Part shown: positions 1 through 9,650 of the stretch, one piece after another
Layout: every line of letters begins with the position of its first letter
How positions within the stretch are numbered: the stretch's first letter is position 1
IMG/VR virus record: IMGVR_UViG_3300026119_000001
Strand: one strand, 5' to 3'
DNA from: an uncultured virus (IMG/VR IMGVR_UViG_3300026119_000001)
Lineage: Duplodnaviria > Heunggongvirae > Uroviricota > Caudoviricetes
Length of the DNA: 64,000 bases
The notes under the pieces: model-generated
The model's database searches: none
Told to the model about the DNA's origin: nothing
What the model saw: only the letters and a program-made list of their open reading frames with translations
Position numbers and translations under genes: made by a program

Positions 1-200
1 GCTACAGCGTCTGCTTCAGACAAACCTTCATAACGCACAACAACTTTTTTAGCAACTGTGTCATAAGATAATCTCCAAGTTTCAATTCCGTCAGGAACGT
101 CAGCCATAATTGCAATACCTTTTGCAACAAGTTCGTCACCTGAAACTGATAATCCTGTAACAGGTTCGCCGTTATTATTGAAATAATATCTATGTGCCAT
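1..200 (-). CDS. small virion/tail-associated protein, paralog of 1737..2006 (3' end runs off the window)
   Basis: Hand translation from ATG at 200: MAHRYYFNNNGEPVTGLSVSGDELVAKGIAIMADVPDGIETWRLSYDTVAKKVVV, closely similar to the 89-aa ORF; TAATG coupling to the 200..1702 stop. Confidence 0.85.
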   Translation of the reverse strand, partial: MAHRYYFNNNGEPVTGLSVSGDELVAKGIAIMADVPDGIETWRLSYDTVAKKVVVRYEGLSEADAV

Positions 201-1702
201 TAGGTAGTAATTGGCGTTGTTGCGCCACCTCCATAGCCAGAATTCTGGCCGCCATAATTGCCCCACCAGTCAACGCCCATAAGTAATGGGTAGTTTGTTG
301 AGCCATAGCCACCAGTTAGCGTTGTTCGGCAAGCGTTTAAACTGACAACACCAGTTTTGTTAGTGTATGTTCCACCTTGTGGGTTTATAGTATTATTATC
401 TGGTATAACAGAGTCTCCAGAAGTAGTACCCATTGATACTTGGGTAGTTGTTTCGTGGTCAGAATCTTCTGGATCAAAACACCAAGCGTATGTATTCCAA
501 GTTTCACTATCGCAGTTATCACTCCATCCGCCGTGGAATCCAGTACGTCCCCAAGGTACCCAAGGATTAGACCTACCTGATTTTGTTTGATTTATGTTAA
601 CAAATTTTCGTGGGTTTTCAATACTCATACAAAATGCATTGATACCACAACCATAGTAATAATATGGAGAAAAAATCATTCCCCACGTACCATCCCAAGT
701 TGTGTGGAATTTAGTATAGTATTGATGTCCTGAAGAAGCACCATAAGATGTAGTTGTTGATCCTGAAAAGTCGTGCCAAGAGCTCCATTGTCTGCTTGCA
801 CCTGTTACTGCAACTCCTACTCCTTTAACATTACAATCAAATACACCATATCTTTTACTGCTACTTTGTTTAAGTCCAAAACCAACCCAACCATTATTAC
901 CAACAACAACGCACCAATCCTTATTATTTTGATTAGTCCAAGTATCAGTAAAATATTCGGTAGATTTCAAGTCATCAAAGAAATCTTTAATTTTAGGTAC
1001 AGAATTTAAATCTTTATTACCTCTAAAAATATGAATCCTCTTTGAGGTATTTCCACTCTCGTCACCAGAGTGAATCATTACTAACATTTTAGTTTTTTCA
1101 TTGTATCCAGTACCAGTTGCATAATTATTGTCGGTGTTAAGCATATGAGAACTGTAATCGTAAGCTTGAAGATTTCCAGTAGCACAGTTTCCTGCCATTT
1201 CTCTCATAGTGAACCGTCTGTTACAGAACATCCGTCTAGGTCTACATCCTTCAGGAAGAACCATATTAAGTTTTGTCCAACCTACTTGATACTCAAATGA
1301 AGAAGTCATTTGGTGATAATTCTGCCACGAAACAAACCCATCCCTTGAAGAACTATAATAAAAACAATGTGGGTACTGGTCTATTTGGTATGTACTGTGA
1401 TTATAATTAATCCAAGTAGAGTAAGTTTGACTAGTTAAGTTATCGTGGAAATTATGACCGTGGTCATAGTTCACATAAGCGTGAGAAGCATCCCCTAACA
1501 TTCCAAATCTATAGTTTGTTGTGGAATTACATACTGCTGCCCAAGGTGACCCTACGTTTCTAAAACTAGAATCAAAAATTCGGTAAGTCAAATGATGATT
1601 TTGAGTCGATTCAGTGGCTAATAATCCGAAGATAGGTAATCCTTCTTTTCTTGGGTCTATTGTTTCAGTAGTCCCACCTAATAATGTTGATAAATTACTC
1701 AT
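200..1702 (-). CDS. G/S/T/N/aromatic-rich putative virion adhesin/tail-fibre-associated protein, paralog A
   Basis: 500-aa ORF collinear with 2010..3479 (RKEGLP, FRNVGSPW, VLPEGCRPRRMFCNRR, TTWDGTWGMI); lies in a late structural operon; function inferred. Confidence 0.6.
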   Translation of the reverse strand: MSNLSTLLGGTTETIDPRKEGLPIFGLLATESTQNHHLTYRIFDSSFRNVGSPWAAVCNSTTNYRFGMLGDASHAYVNYDHGHNFHDNLTSQTYSTWINYNHSTYQIDQYPHCFYYSSSRDGFVSWQNYHQMTSSFEYQVGWTKLNMVLPEGCRPRRMFCNRRFTMREMAGNCATGNLQAYDYSSHMLNTDNNYATGTGYNEKTKMLVMIHSGDESGNTSKRIHIFRGNKDLNSVPKIKDFFDDLKSTEYFTDTWTNQNNKDWCVVVGNNGWVGFGLKQSSSKRYGVFDCNVKGVGVAVTGASRQWSSWHDFSGSTTTSYGASSGHQYYTKFHTTWDGTWGMIFSPYYYYGCGINAFCMSIENPRKFVNINQTKSGRSNPWVPWGRTGFHGGWSDNCDSETWNTYAWCFDPEDSDHETTTQVSMGTTSGDSVIPDNNTINPQGGTYTNKTGVVSLNACRTTLTGGYGSTNYPLLMGVDWWGNYGGQNSGYGGGATTPITT

Positions 1703-1736
1703 TAGTTTTTATTCCTTTTTTAATTTTATTCATAAC

Positions 1737-2006
1737 TTATGCTTCCCTATCAGCTATGTCTTTTGCGTCATCTGTTACTTTTTGAGCAGCAACGTCTGTT
1801 ACTTTTTGAGCTATAGCGCCTGCTTCATCCTGGCCATCAGCGTACACAACTACTGCTTTAGCAACTGTGTCATAAGATAATCTCCAAGACTCAATTCCGT
1901 CAGGAACAGTAGCCTTGATTGCCATTCCTTTTTTCATAAGGTCTTCACCAGTTAATTCAAATGGTGTACAAGGTTCGCCTTGATTTGTAAAATAGTATAT
2001 TGCCAT
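1737..2006 (-). CDS. small virion/tail-associated protein (possible fibre chaperone)
   Basis: 89-aa ORF, paralog of the ORF starting at 200; short internal duplication AQKVTD x2. Confidence 0.6.
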   Translation of the reverse strand: MAIYYFTNQGEPCTPFELTGEDLMKKGMAIKATVPDGIESWRLSYDTVAKAVVVYADGQDEAGAIAQKVTDVAAQKVTDDAKDIADREA

Positions 2007-2009
2007 TAT

Positions 2010-3479
2010 TTAGTTGCCTCCATAACTTTGGTCAGCGGCACCGTAAGCGCCCCACCAGTTAAGACCTATAAGCACTGGATAACAAGTTGATTGATAGCCA
2101 CCAGTTAGCTGTGTATAGCAATTAGCTAAACTGCAACTTCCAGTTTGATTGGTAAATGTTCCACCTACGTGGGAATTATTATCTGGCATAGTTGCTTCTC
2201 CAGAAGTACTACCCATATAAACTGTAGTATCTACTGTGTGGTCAGAATCCGTTGGATCAAATGAAAACCCATATGTTGCCCAAGATGTACCATCAGTATT
2301 AGCACTATTTCCACCGTGAAATCCAGTACGTCCCCAAGCCACATAAGGATTTGGATAATCTGATTTTGTTTGATTTATAGAAATAAATTTACGTGGGTTT
2401 TCAAGATTTATTGCAAAAGCATTTATACCTGGACCATAGTAATAATATGGAGAATAAATCATTCCCCAAGTACCATCCCAAGTTGTGTTAAATCTTGTGT
2501 AGTATTGATTCCCATTACCAGCACCATAAGATGTAGTTGTTGAGCCTGCAAAATCTACCCAATCAAGGTATCGTCTGCTTGCGTCTATTTGATGTGCTAC
2601 TCCACCTTTAACATTACAATCAAACGCACAATATTTCTTGGTGGAACTATTTTTACCACCGAAACCAACCCAACCATTATTACCAACAACAACGCACCAA
2701 TCTTTGTTATTTTGTAAAGGCCAAGATCCAGTAAAAAATTCAACTGAAGTTAGAGCATCAAAATACTCTTTAATTTTTTTAACTTTATTTAAGTCTTTAC
2801 CAGATTTAAAAATATGAATAGTCTTAGCAGCAGATCCATCACCTTCGCCACCAGAATGAATCATCACTAACATTTTAGTTTTCTCATTGTATCCAGTACC
2901 TGTTGCGTAATCGTTAGTGGTTTCAAGTAAGTGAGAAGTGTAATCGTAATGGTCAATGGATGCTAAAGAATTGTTTCCAGATTTTTCCCTTATTGAATAA
3001 CGTCTATTACAGAACATCCGTCTAGGTCTACAACCTTCAGGTAAAACCATATTTATTTTTGTCCAACCTACTGTATATTCAAAAGAAGAAGTTATTTGGT
3101 GATAACTTTGCCAAGAACAGTGTCCATTTCTTGAAGCAGTATAGTAAAAAGCGTGAGGATACTGGTCTATTTGGTAAATACTTTTACAATAACTAGTGTA
3201 AGAAGTGTAAGATTCAGTAGTATGATTTGAATTAAAATTATCACCGTGGTCATTCATAGAATAAGCGTGACTAGCGTCTGCCATTACCCCATATCTATAA
3301 TTTGATGTAGTACCTGTAGCCCCACCCCAAGGTGACCCTACGTTTCTAAAACCAGAATCAAAAATTCTAAAATTGGTATTATGATTACCGCCACTTTCTT
3401 GTCCCCATAAACCAAATAGTGGTAATCCTTCTTTTCGTGTGTCAGTATTACCCCCCAAATATGATGATAAATTAGCCAT
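2010..3479 (-). CDS. putative virion adhesin/tail-fibre-associated protein, paralog B
   Basis: 489-aa ORF with AAGGA Shine-Dalgarno and upstream TATAAATA; paralog of 200..1702. Confidence 0.6.
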   Translation of the reverse strand: MANLSSYLGGNTDTRKEGLPLFGLWGQESGGNHNTNFRIFDSGFRNVGSPWGGATGTTSNYRYGVMADASHAYSMNDHGDNFNSNHTTESYTSYTSYCKSIYQIDQYPHAFYYTASRNGHCSWQSYHQITSSFEYTVGWTKINMVLPEGCRPRRMFCNRRYSIREKSGNNSLASIDHYDYTSHLLETTNDYATGTGYNEKTKMLVMIHSGGEGDGSAAKTIHIFKSGKDLNKVKKIKEYFDALTSVEFFTGSWPLQNNKDWCVVVGNNGWVGFGGKNSSTKKYCAFDCNVKGGVAHQIDASRRYLDWVDFAGSTTTSYGAGNGNQYYTRFNTTWDGTWGMIYSPYYYYGPGINAFAINLENPRKFISINQTKSDYPNPYVAWGRTGFHGGNSANTDGTSWATYGFSFDPTDSDHTVDTTVYMGSTSGEATMPDNNSHVGGTFTNQTGSCSLANCYTQLTGGYQSTCYPVLIGLNWWGAYGAADQSYGGN

Positions 3480-3500
3480 TAATGTTTTTCCTTTTTATAC

Positions 3501-3508
3501 TATTTATA
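3501..3508 (-). promoter_or_regulatory. T4-type late promoter TATAAATA
   Basis: Exact consensus on the minus strand ~22 nt upstream of the ATG at 3479. Confidence 0.8.
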
Positions 3509-3525
3509 ATATTTATATTAAATAA

Positions 3526-5064
3526 TTACGCTACTTCTATTATTTTCCAACCATTAGTATCACCAGTAAAGACAAGACCAAATCCAGCGTGATCCGTATT
3601 AACTGTCATATCTTCTGCTAAATTCATAATATCTTTACCATTTCTATCAACAGTCAAATCATTTGTTGAAAAAGTTCCTGATAAATCTTGAAATCTAATA
3701 ACATCTCCTAATAATGGAGTAGTTGGTAAAGTAGCTGTTATAGCTACACTAGTTGTATCTACCAAAACTCTATCGTTAGCTTCTGCGTTAAAATCTGCAG
3801 ATTTTGTAGTCCAAGGATTACCTGGACCTAGTGGCATCCATTGTGCTCCACTATAACCTTCATAACCTGTTACAGTTGTATTAAATCTTATTCCACCAGT
3901 TGTTGGTGATCCTGGTCTTTGAACTGTTGTTCCTACAGGTGTTTGAAAATGACCTGTGGAAGTTGTGGCATCCCAACTGATATCTGTTCCATCAGATTTT
4001 AAATAAGAGCCTGAATTTCCAAGTGCTAATCGGTTTGTTTGTGAAGAGGTACGAATTATAATATCACCTCTAACATTTAATACAGCAGCTGAATCTCCTT
4101 GTGATAATACATCCCATTTAGTAACGTCTGTTCCTGGAGTAACACCTACAACTCTATCTTGAAGTAGTACATAAGCAGTTGCAGTATAACTAACAACATC
4201 ACCTATTAGGTAAGTTGTACTAGCATTATAAGTGCCTTCGTAATTAAAACCTTCAAGGTTTAATGTCCAATGAGCTGTATTAGTAGTTCCGTTTGTATTT
4301 GCTGGATATTCGTTAGTATTATTTGATTGAGATACATAATTATTTCCACCATATTGAATAGTATCTCCAGTCTTATATGCTGTTCCGTGTATATATCTTC
4401 CTAATGCTTTGAAACCTGTTGTTATAACATCCCAATAAGTATCGTCTGTTGGTGTATTACCAGCTGAAGCAGTAACATTAATATAAACATAAGTGTAACC
4501 ACCGTAGGTTACTACATCACCATTTTGGTAAGTTGTTCCAGCATTATAACTATCTTCCCATTGTAAACCTTCAGAATATACATTAAATTTTGTTTCATCA
4601 AATGTAGCTGTTGATGTATGTTCTGTTATAGTTTTATATTGATATGAACCATACTTAACAACATCATTTAATTTATATAATGTTGAAGCTGCCCAATCCC
4701 CTAAAAAATCTAAACCATCTGTGTATAATTCAAAATTACTTTGATTTAAGCCGCCAGATGAAGCGGATGTGTGAGCTATAGTAGTACGATATTGTCTACC
4801 GCCATATTTGACAATATCATTTACTTTATAAACAGTATCAAATCCCCAAGCAGCTTTAAAATAAAGGCCTTCCGTATGTATCTGCCACTTAACAGCTGCT
4901 AAATCTGTAGCAAAACCTGCATTTGTTGCTTGTGATGTATGGTTCTCTACACAAACATAAACATTACCACCATACTTAGCAATATCGTCTATAGTATAAG
5001 CAATACTTACAGCCCAATCACCTCTCCATTTAAATTTAAGTCTACCTAATTTGAAATCTGCCAT
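3526..5064 (-). CDS. tail fibre-like protein with tandem carbohydrate-binding-like (CBM5/12-style) repeats
   Basis: Repeated W/Y-x4-5-Y-x2-D-V-V-x-Y-G-G-x2-Y units; C-terminal ADFNAEANDRVLVDTT..TLPTTP..GDVIRFQD motif resembling T4 long-tail-fibre proximal repeats. Confidence 0.65.
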   Translation of the reverse strand: MADFKLGRLKFKWRGDWAVSIAYTIDDIAKYGGNVYVCVENHTSQATNAGFATDLAAVKWQIHTEGLYFKAAWGFDTVYKVNDIVKYGGRQYRTTIAHTSASSGGLNQSNFELYTDGLDFLGDWAASTLYKLNDVVKYGSYQYKTITEHTSTATFDETKFNVYSEGLQWEDSYNAGTTYQNGDVVTYGGYTYVYINVTASAGNTPTDDTYWDVITTGFKALGRYIHGTAYKTGDTIQYGGNNYVSQSNNTNEYPANTNGTTNTAHWTLNLEGFNYEGTYNASTTYLIGDVVSYTATAYVLLQDRVVGVTPGTDVTKWDVLSQGDSAAVLNVRGDIIIRTSSQTNRLALGNSGSYLKSDGTDISWDATTSTGHFQTPVGTTVQRPGSPTTGGIRFNTTVTGYEGYSGAQWMPLGPGNPWTTKSADFNAEANDRVLVDTTSVAITATLPTTPLLGDVIRFQDLSGTFSTNDLTVDRNGKDIMNLAEDMTVNTDHAGFGLVFTGDTNGWKIIEVA

Positions 5065-5083
5065 TTATTAATCCGTTTTATTA

Positions 5084-5091
5084 TATTTATA
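5084..5091 (-). promoter_or_regulatory. T4-type late promoter TATAAATA
   Basis: Exact consensus upstream of the ATG at 5064. Confidence 0.7.
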
Positions 5092-5701
5092 TTCCATCTT
5101 GATAAGTTGTTGAATTTACACTCGCCGTTGTACTTTCAAAAGCAACAAAATCATCACTTGTTGGATCTTGATTAGCTGCTTGATTTACTCTTTTTACCAA
5201 CTCCCCGCTACTATTTATAAGATAAGTAGTTGTGGTATTTGCATCAAATATAAATTGTTGATAGGCGTCTGAATCATTATTTAAATATCTTTTATTCAAC
5301 TGTGCTATCTGTATAGCTTTTCCACTCAAAGGAGCAAACGTAAAAGTTAATATTGTTCCAGATACCGTATAATCTATATTTGCATCTTTTCTTACATCAT
5401 CAATAACCACATATAATCTATGTCCAAAAGTACCCATATTTACGTTTAATGTGAAAGTTGTTGTAGAACCATCACCAATAAATTCGTGACAATTAAAAAA
5501 TTCCGCTCTTTCTTCCACATAATCTGTACCATCTTTTGGTACTTTATCTGATTTTCCTTCTTCTTCAAATGTTGAAAATCCAACTGTACCACCTTCATTA
5601 GGGTTAACAGTTGTCAAATAAAGCATACCTTCTTTTGTTCTACGAAGACCATTAAATACTTGTTCTTGTGGATTTATATTATGAGTAATTGAAATTGCCA
5701 T
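5087..5701 (-). CDS. virion structural protein
   Basis: 204 aa; contains the FxGDGSTTTFTL...DYTVSGTxLTFTxAP module typical of T4-like structural proteins. Confidence 0.6.
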   Translation of the reverse strand: MAISITHNINPQEQVFNGLRRTKEGMLYLTTVNPNEGGTVGFSTFEEEGKSDKVPKDGTDYVEERAEFFNCHEFIGDGSTTTFTLNVNMGTFGHRLYVVIDDVRKDANIDYTVSGTILTFTFAPLSGKAIQIAQLNKRYLNNDSDAYQQFIFDANTTTTYLINSSGELVKRVNQAANQDPTSDDFVAFESTTASVNSTTYQDGI

Positions 5702-6048
5702 TAGCTTATCTCCAGTACACTAGCAAATACTTCTAAATCAGTTGTTGACGAATCTGGTAATGGATGTGCCACTACTCTTAATATATCATTTGATTCTAAA
5801 TTTATAGGTTTATCTAAAACTAAAGTATTATTAGGTGGTATTTGTGCTTTGTTAGCAATATATCTAAATGTACTACCACCATCTACTGTAACTTTTACAT
5901 CTACAAAACCATTATTAGCATTTGACTTATTAGTTATATATACTGCGTGAATAACTGCTTGTCCAGCACCACCAGCTGTATATAAATTTGCAGCCGAAGT
6001 ATCAGCAAGTCCAACTGCCATACCTGCATTTTTAAATAAACTAGCCAT
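5701..6048 (-). CDS. small virion structural protein
   Basis: 115 aa, beta-rich, TAATG-coupled within the structural operon. Confidence 0.55.
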   Translation of the reverse strand: MASLFKNAGMAVGLADTSAANLYTAGGAGQAVIHAVYITNKSNANNGFVDVKVTVDGGSTFRYIANKAQIPPNNTLVLDKPINLESNDILRVVAHPLPDSSTTDLEVFASVLEIS

Positions 6049-6049
6049 T

Positions 6050-6484
6050 CTATCCTCCGAAAACTATTCCATATGCTAAGGCATCACCATCACTAGCAAG
6101 AGCATCTCCACCTGGTGTACCATCTATTGTTAAATTACCAGTTGTTATAGCTGTTCCTGTTATGTCAGGTAATGTAATAATGTTATCTGCTGTTGGTTCT
6201 AATACTGTTAATTCAGTTTCAAATGCATTTGCTATACTTCCTTCAAATATAAATTGTGACCCATTCATAGTAATATCTTTATCAGTTATAGCAGCATTAT
6301 TTGTAACGTCTTGTAATGTTATTCCACTTACACCACCAATTTCTTTAACATTACCTACAATTGTTTTTGTATAAAATTTACCATCATATATGTTCATAGC
6401 TAATTCTCCAACCTCTATAACACCTTGTGATGGAATACGTGTTGCTACTTCTGTACGTAATGGTTTAATTATGGTTTTTGCCAT
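6050..6484 (-). CDS. tail-fibre-associated protein with Mtd N-terminal-like motif
   Basis: 144 aa; N-terminal ...EVGELAMNIYDGKFY motif; EPTADNIITLPD motif. Confidence 0.55.
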   Translation of the reverse strand: MAKTIIKPLRTEVATRIPSQGVIEVGELAMNIYDGKFYTKTIVGNVKEIGGVSGITLQDVTNNAAITDKDITMNGSQFIFEGSIANAFETELTVLEPTADNIITLPDITGTAITTGNLTIDGTPGGDALASDGDALAYGIVFGG

Positions 6485-6705
6485 TATTTTCTTCTATTTA
6501 ATTTAGCCTTAAATTTAATTTTATTAATTAATTTTGTCTTTGTTAATCTTCTATCTAATTCTATTCCTATTTTTCTTCCAATTTTTTCTAACTCTTTTTT
6601 AGTTTTGTTTTGTAAATCTCTAACAGCAATTGTTTTTATTTTCTTTTCTTCTACTACAAATGAATCTACAAACTTATTCCAAGATTTACTAATCCATTTA
6701 AACAT
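6484..6705 (-). CDS. small basic protein (Rho-N/HEH-like helical motif)
   Basis: 73 aa; LQNKTKKELEKIGRKIGIELDRRLTKTKLI; coupled stop/start on both sides. Confidence 0.55.
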   Translation of the reverse strand: MFKWISKSWNKFVDSFVVEEKKIKTIAVRDLQNKTKKELEKIGRKIGIELDRRLTKTKLINKIKFKAKLNRRK

Positions 6706-8414
6706 TAAAAAGTTCCACCATCTACTGTAGTAACTTCAACATCACCAGAAGTAACTGTAAAATTATCAGTAGAAAAAGACGCAACTCCTATGTTTGATGT
6801 ACTTGCTAATTCACCAACAATTTGTAATTTATTGCCAGTAGCAATAGTATTGATTCCTTCACCTGCTAAAAATTCTAAAACTCCACCAACTCTTACGGAT
6901 CCTTGTGATGAAGATTCGTCTGCAAAATATAAAGGATCAGAAAGTTTATCACTTGCAATTGAACCTGTCAACATAGCATTTGTTATACCTAATGCTTTAA
7001 CTCTTAATGCGTCACCTGAAACTTCAACTGAACTATCATCAACTTCTACATCTATTGTATTACCATCTTTTGATAAAGCGGCACCTGCAGTAATTTGACC
7101 TGCACCAGAAAATTGAGAAACGTCTAAATCAGTTGTTCCAAATGTTGGAGCACCTGTATGTGTAAATGTATATCCATTGTTAGAACCAATAGTACCTTCT
7201 TCTACAAATACAAATGAACCACCAGTTAATTCAGCTGGTTGGTCTTCTGGAGTTGCTCTTGTTAATACAAAAGCAGTTGATCCATCACCTATAGTTGTAA
7301 CTACATAAATTCCATTTTCACTTGCGTCTGTTTGGTCTTTAACTAAAATTCTATCTGCAACACTTGGTGTTACACTATCAATTGATAATGCACCATTAGA
7401 ACTTGCTGTTAATGTTGCACCAACACCTAATGTTCCATTATTATAAGTTGCTGATAAATCAGCAATTGTCGCCAATCTACAAGAAGGTTTAGTATCTAAA
7501 CCTTGAGCAACTTGGTCAACATAAGCTTTATTTGCAAGTGATTGAGTTTGAAATCCTGCTCTATCTTCATATCCACTAGGAACAATTATTGAACCTGTTC
7601 CGTGTGGTGAGATATTAATATTTTTATTTGCGGCTGTAGTTGTAAATGATTGACCGTCAATTGTAATGTCATCAATTACTAAAGAAGTTAATCCTGCTAA
7701 ATCTGTTTCTGTTTGACCTAAAGTTAAAGTAGATGATCCTAATGTTGTAGTAGGATTTGCTAATTTATCATTTGCTATACCTGCACTACCAGATAAATTT
7801 GAATCTGTTAATGCTGTTGCATTTATAGTTACCGTATTATCAGTAACTACTGCTTCCATACCTGCGCCACCAGCAAATGTTAATGTTTCACTTGTATTAT
7901 AAGTATCTGTTCCAGTATCACCTGCTAAATCTAAAGCTTGGTCAACAACTGCAAATCCTAAATTACCAGAACCATCAGTTTTTATAAACTCACCAGCAGA
8001 ACCATCACCATCAGGTAATGTAAATGTAGTTGTAGAAGTTACACTATTTGGTGCTTTAAGTCCAATATGTCCTGCACCATTATTTGAGCCTTCATTAAAT
8101 TTTATTGTTCCACCAATTGTAGTAGAACTACCTAAAATTAATTCATCTATTGCTTTATTTGAATCAGCAATTAATGCTCCATTTGATGTTAATACTCCAG
8201 GAACGTGATCCAACATATCGGCAAAATATTGTCCACCGATAACTGTTATATTATTTGCGTCACCTTGACCATCTACACCACCTTCACCAACGAATAATCT
8301 ATCTCCTAGATTACCTTGGGTTCCAGTTCCATAAGTTAAAGCTAATTCACCTAATTTTAATGTTGCTGGTGCTGAAGTACTTGATGACCGTTTTATCTGT
8401 ATTACTGTTGCCAT
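6705..8414 (-). CDS. tail fibre protein
   Basis: 569 aa, G/T/S/D-rich; MATVIQIKRS...GELA N-terminus; ANKAYVD and DRILVKDQT..ENGIY fibre motifs. Confidence 0.7.
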   Translation of the reverse strand: MATVIQIKRSSSTSAPATLKLGELALTYGTGTQGNLGDRLFVGEGGVDGQGDANNITVIGGQYFADMLDHVPGVLTSNGALIADSNKAIDELILGSSTTIGGTIKFNEGSNNGAGHIGLKAPNSVTSTTTFTLPDGDGSAGEFIKTDGSGNLGFAVVDQALDLAGDTGTDTYNTSETLTFAGGAGMEAVVTDNTVTINATALTDSNLSGSAGIANDKLANPTTTLGSSTLTLGQTETDLAGLTSLVIDDITIDGQSFTTTAANKNINISPHGTGSIIVPSGYEDRAGFQTQSLANKAYVDQVAQGLDTKPSCRLATIADLSATYNNGTLGVGATLTASSNGALSIDSVTPSVADRILVKDQTDASENGIYVVTTIGDGSTAFVLTRATPEDQPAELTGGSFVFVEEGTIGSNNGYTFTHTGAPTFGTTDLDVSQFSGAGQITAGAALSKDGNTIDVEVDDSSVEVSGDALRVKALGITNAMLTGSIASDKLSDPLYFADESSSQGSVRVGGVLEFLAGEGINTIATGNKLQIVGELASTSNIGVASFSTDNFTVTSGDVEVTTVDGGTF

Positions 8415-8421
8415 ATGCTAT

Positions 8422-8670
8422 TTAAAAACTCCCGCAATTAAATAATAGTGTTCCAGTTGTAGTAACTACTTCCGTTCTAGTTACAAATTTACCATCACTT
8501 GACCTATATTGAATCATTGCGCCATCATCTAAATTTGTTGTATCAACATCGCCAAGGAGGGATAATCTTAATTCTGAATTTTGAACAGCTACAGTTGATG
8601 GTATGGTTACTGAAACTTTTTGTGGACCAGATTGTGTATCTACGTTAATTTTTGCTGTAATATCAGGCAT
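8422..8670 (-). CDS. small virion protein
   Basis: 82 aa; LSLLGDVD motif seen in fibre proteins; late promoters upstream. Confidence 0.55.
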   Translation of the reverse strand: MPDITAKINVDTQSGPQKVSVTIPSTVAVQNSELRLSLLGDVDTTNLDDGAMIQYRSSDGKFVTRTEVVTTTGTLLFNCGSF

Positions 8671-8684
8671 TAATTCTCTCTCTT

Positions 8685-8700
8685 TATTTATATATTTATA
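8685..8700 (-). promoter_or_regulatory. two tandem late promoters TATAAATA
   Basis: TATTTATA at 8685-8692 and 8693-8700 on the plus strand. Confidence 0.75.
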
Positions 8701-8716
8701 ACAAAAATGAGTTTGA

Positions 8717-9052
8717 TTATAACGTTACTTGTGGTCGGACTGTAATTATTCCTTCAATAACTCTAGTAACAGCAGCACCAGATGTAATTTCAAGGTCATA
8801 CACATATCTCTCAGCGTCTAAAGCAGCTGTTTCAGTTGCTGTTAAAGAGAGAGTAACTACTCCTGTGGTAGCGTCTGTCGCTATTGATGTATTCATATTT
8901 GTTCTTGTTCTAGTGGACGCAAAGCCTTTAGACAGCTTAGCAACAGCCGTATAACCTGTAAGATTATAAGCATTGCCTTGAGCGTCTTTTACAGTTACAT
9001 CTGAACTGAAAGTTGCCCCTTGGTCTATAGTTAAATTAGCTATTGCGGCCAT
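8717..9052 (-). CDS. virion structural protein (Ig-like, fibre-anchoring type)
   Basis: 111 aa; ANLTIDQGATF...RYVYDLEIT...RVIEGIITVRP, common in marine T4-like structural modules. Confidence 0.6.
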   Translation of the reverse strand: MAAIANLTIDQGATFSSDVTVKDAQGNAYNLTGYTAVAKLSKGFASTRTRTNMNTSIATDATTGVVTLSLTATETAALDAERYVYDLEITSGAAVTRVIEGIITVRPQVTL

Positions 9053-9271
9053 CTATTTTTTATCTGTAGTTTTATTTGTTTCTGGTACTTCTTTTTTAAT
9101 CAACTCTATAATCTTATCGTTATAAAATTTAGTTAAAACATCTATTTTCTCAATTTCAATAGTATGTCTAGTCTTGCTTACCTGTATTTCTTGTCTTACT
9201 GCTAGATAATTTTGTAATTCAGGACTAAGCTTTTTTTCATCATACTGCTTTCCATCAATTGTTATAGCCAT
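9053..9271 (-). CDS. hypothetical protein
   Basis: 72 aa, GGAG SD and late promoter upstream. Confidence 0.6.
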   Translation of the reverse strand: MAITIDGKQYDEKKLSPELQNYLAVRQEIQVSKTRHTIEIEKIDVLTKFYNDKIIELIKKEVPETNKTTDKK

Positions 9272-9302
9272 AGTTAATCTCCATTTCAGTTTTCTATAGT
9301 TA

Positions 9303-9335
9303 TATTTATACGATATAAATAAAGGAGTATAAATA
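9303..9335. promoter_or_regulatory. divergent late promoters (one minus-strand, two plus-strand)
   Basis: TATTTATA 9303-9310; TATAAATA 9314-9321 and 9328-9335, each plus-strand copy followed by AAGGAG. Confidence 0.8.
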
Positions 9336-9350
9336 ATTAAAGGAGATATT

Positions 9351-9635
9351 ATGGCAGTAACAACAACTTTAACGCAAACAAGACCAAATACAGGTGTAGC
9401 TTTTCACAATGCTTCAGACGATTTTAAAGCAGTAAAGCAAGAAATGGTAGACGCTGGAACCCTAGTAGATAATGGTGGTGGTAATAACGAAACTGATTTA
9501 ACAAGAATTTGGACTTTAACATTTACAAATGAAGACACTCATACAGCATTTGAAAATGACGCTAGAACACAATCTTATGTGGAGGCTAGAGAATCATACA
9601 ACCTAGCTAATGGTATAACAGAAACAATTGACTAA
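9351..9635 (+). CDS. small late protein of unknown function, probably highly expressed
   Basis: 94 aa; strong AAGGAG SD and double late promoter. Confidence 0.75.
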   Translation: MAVTTTLTQTRPNTGVAFHNASDDFKAVKQEMVDAGTLVDNGGGNNETDLTRIWTLTFTNEDTHTAFENDARTQSYVEARESYNLANGITETID

Positions 9636-9650
9636 TATATTATTTTTATT

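Noticed and set aside
1..8414. Diversity-generating retroelement (Mtd-like N-termini, repeated genes)
   Set aside because: No reverse transcriptase in the window and no template/variable repeat pair differing only at adenines; the paralogs differ at all bases
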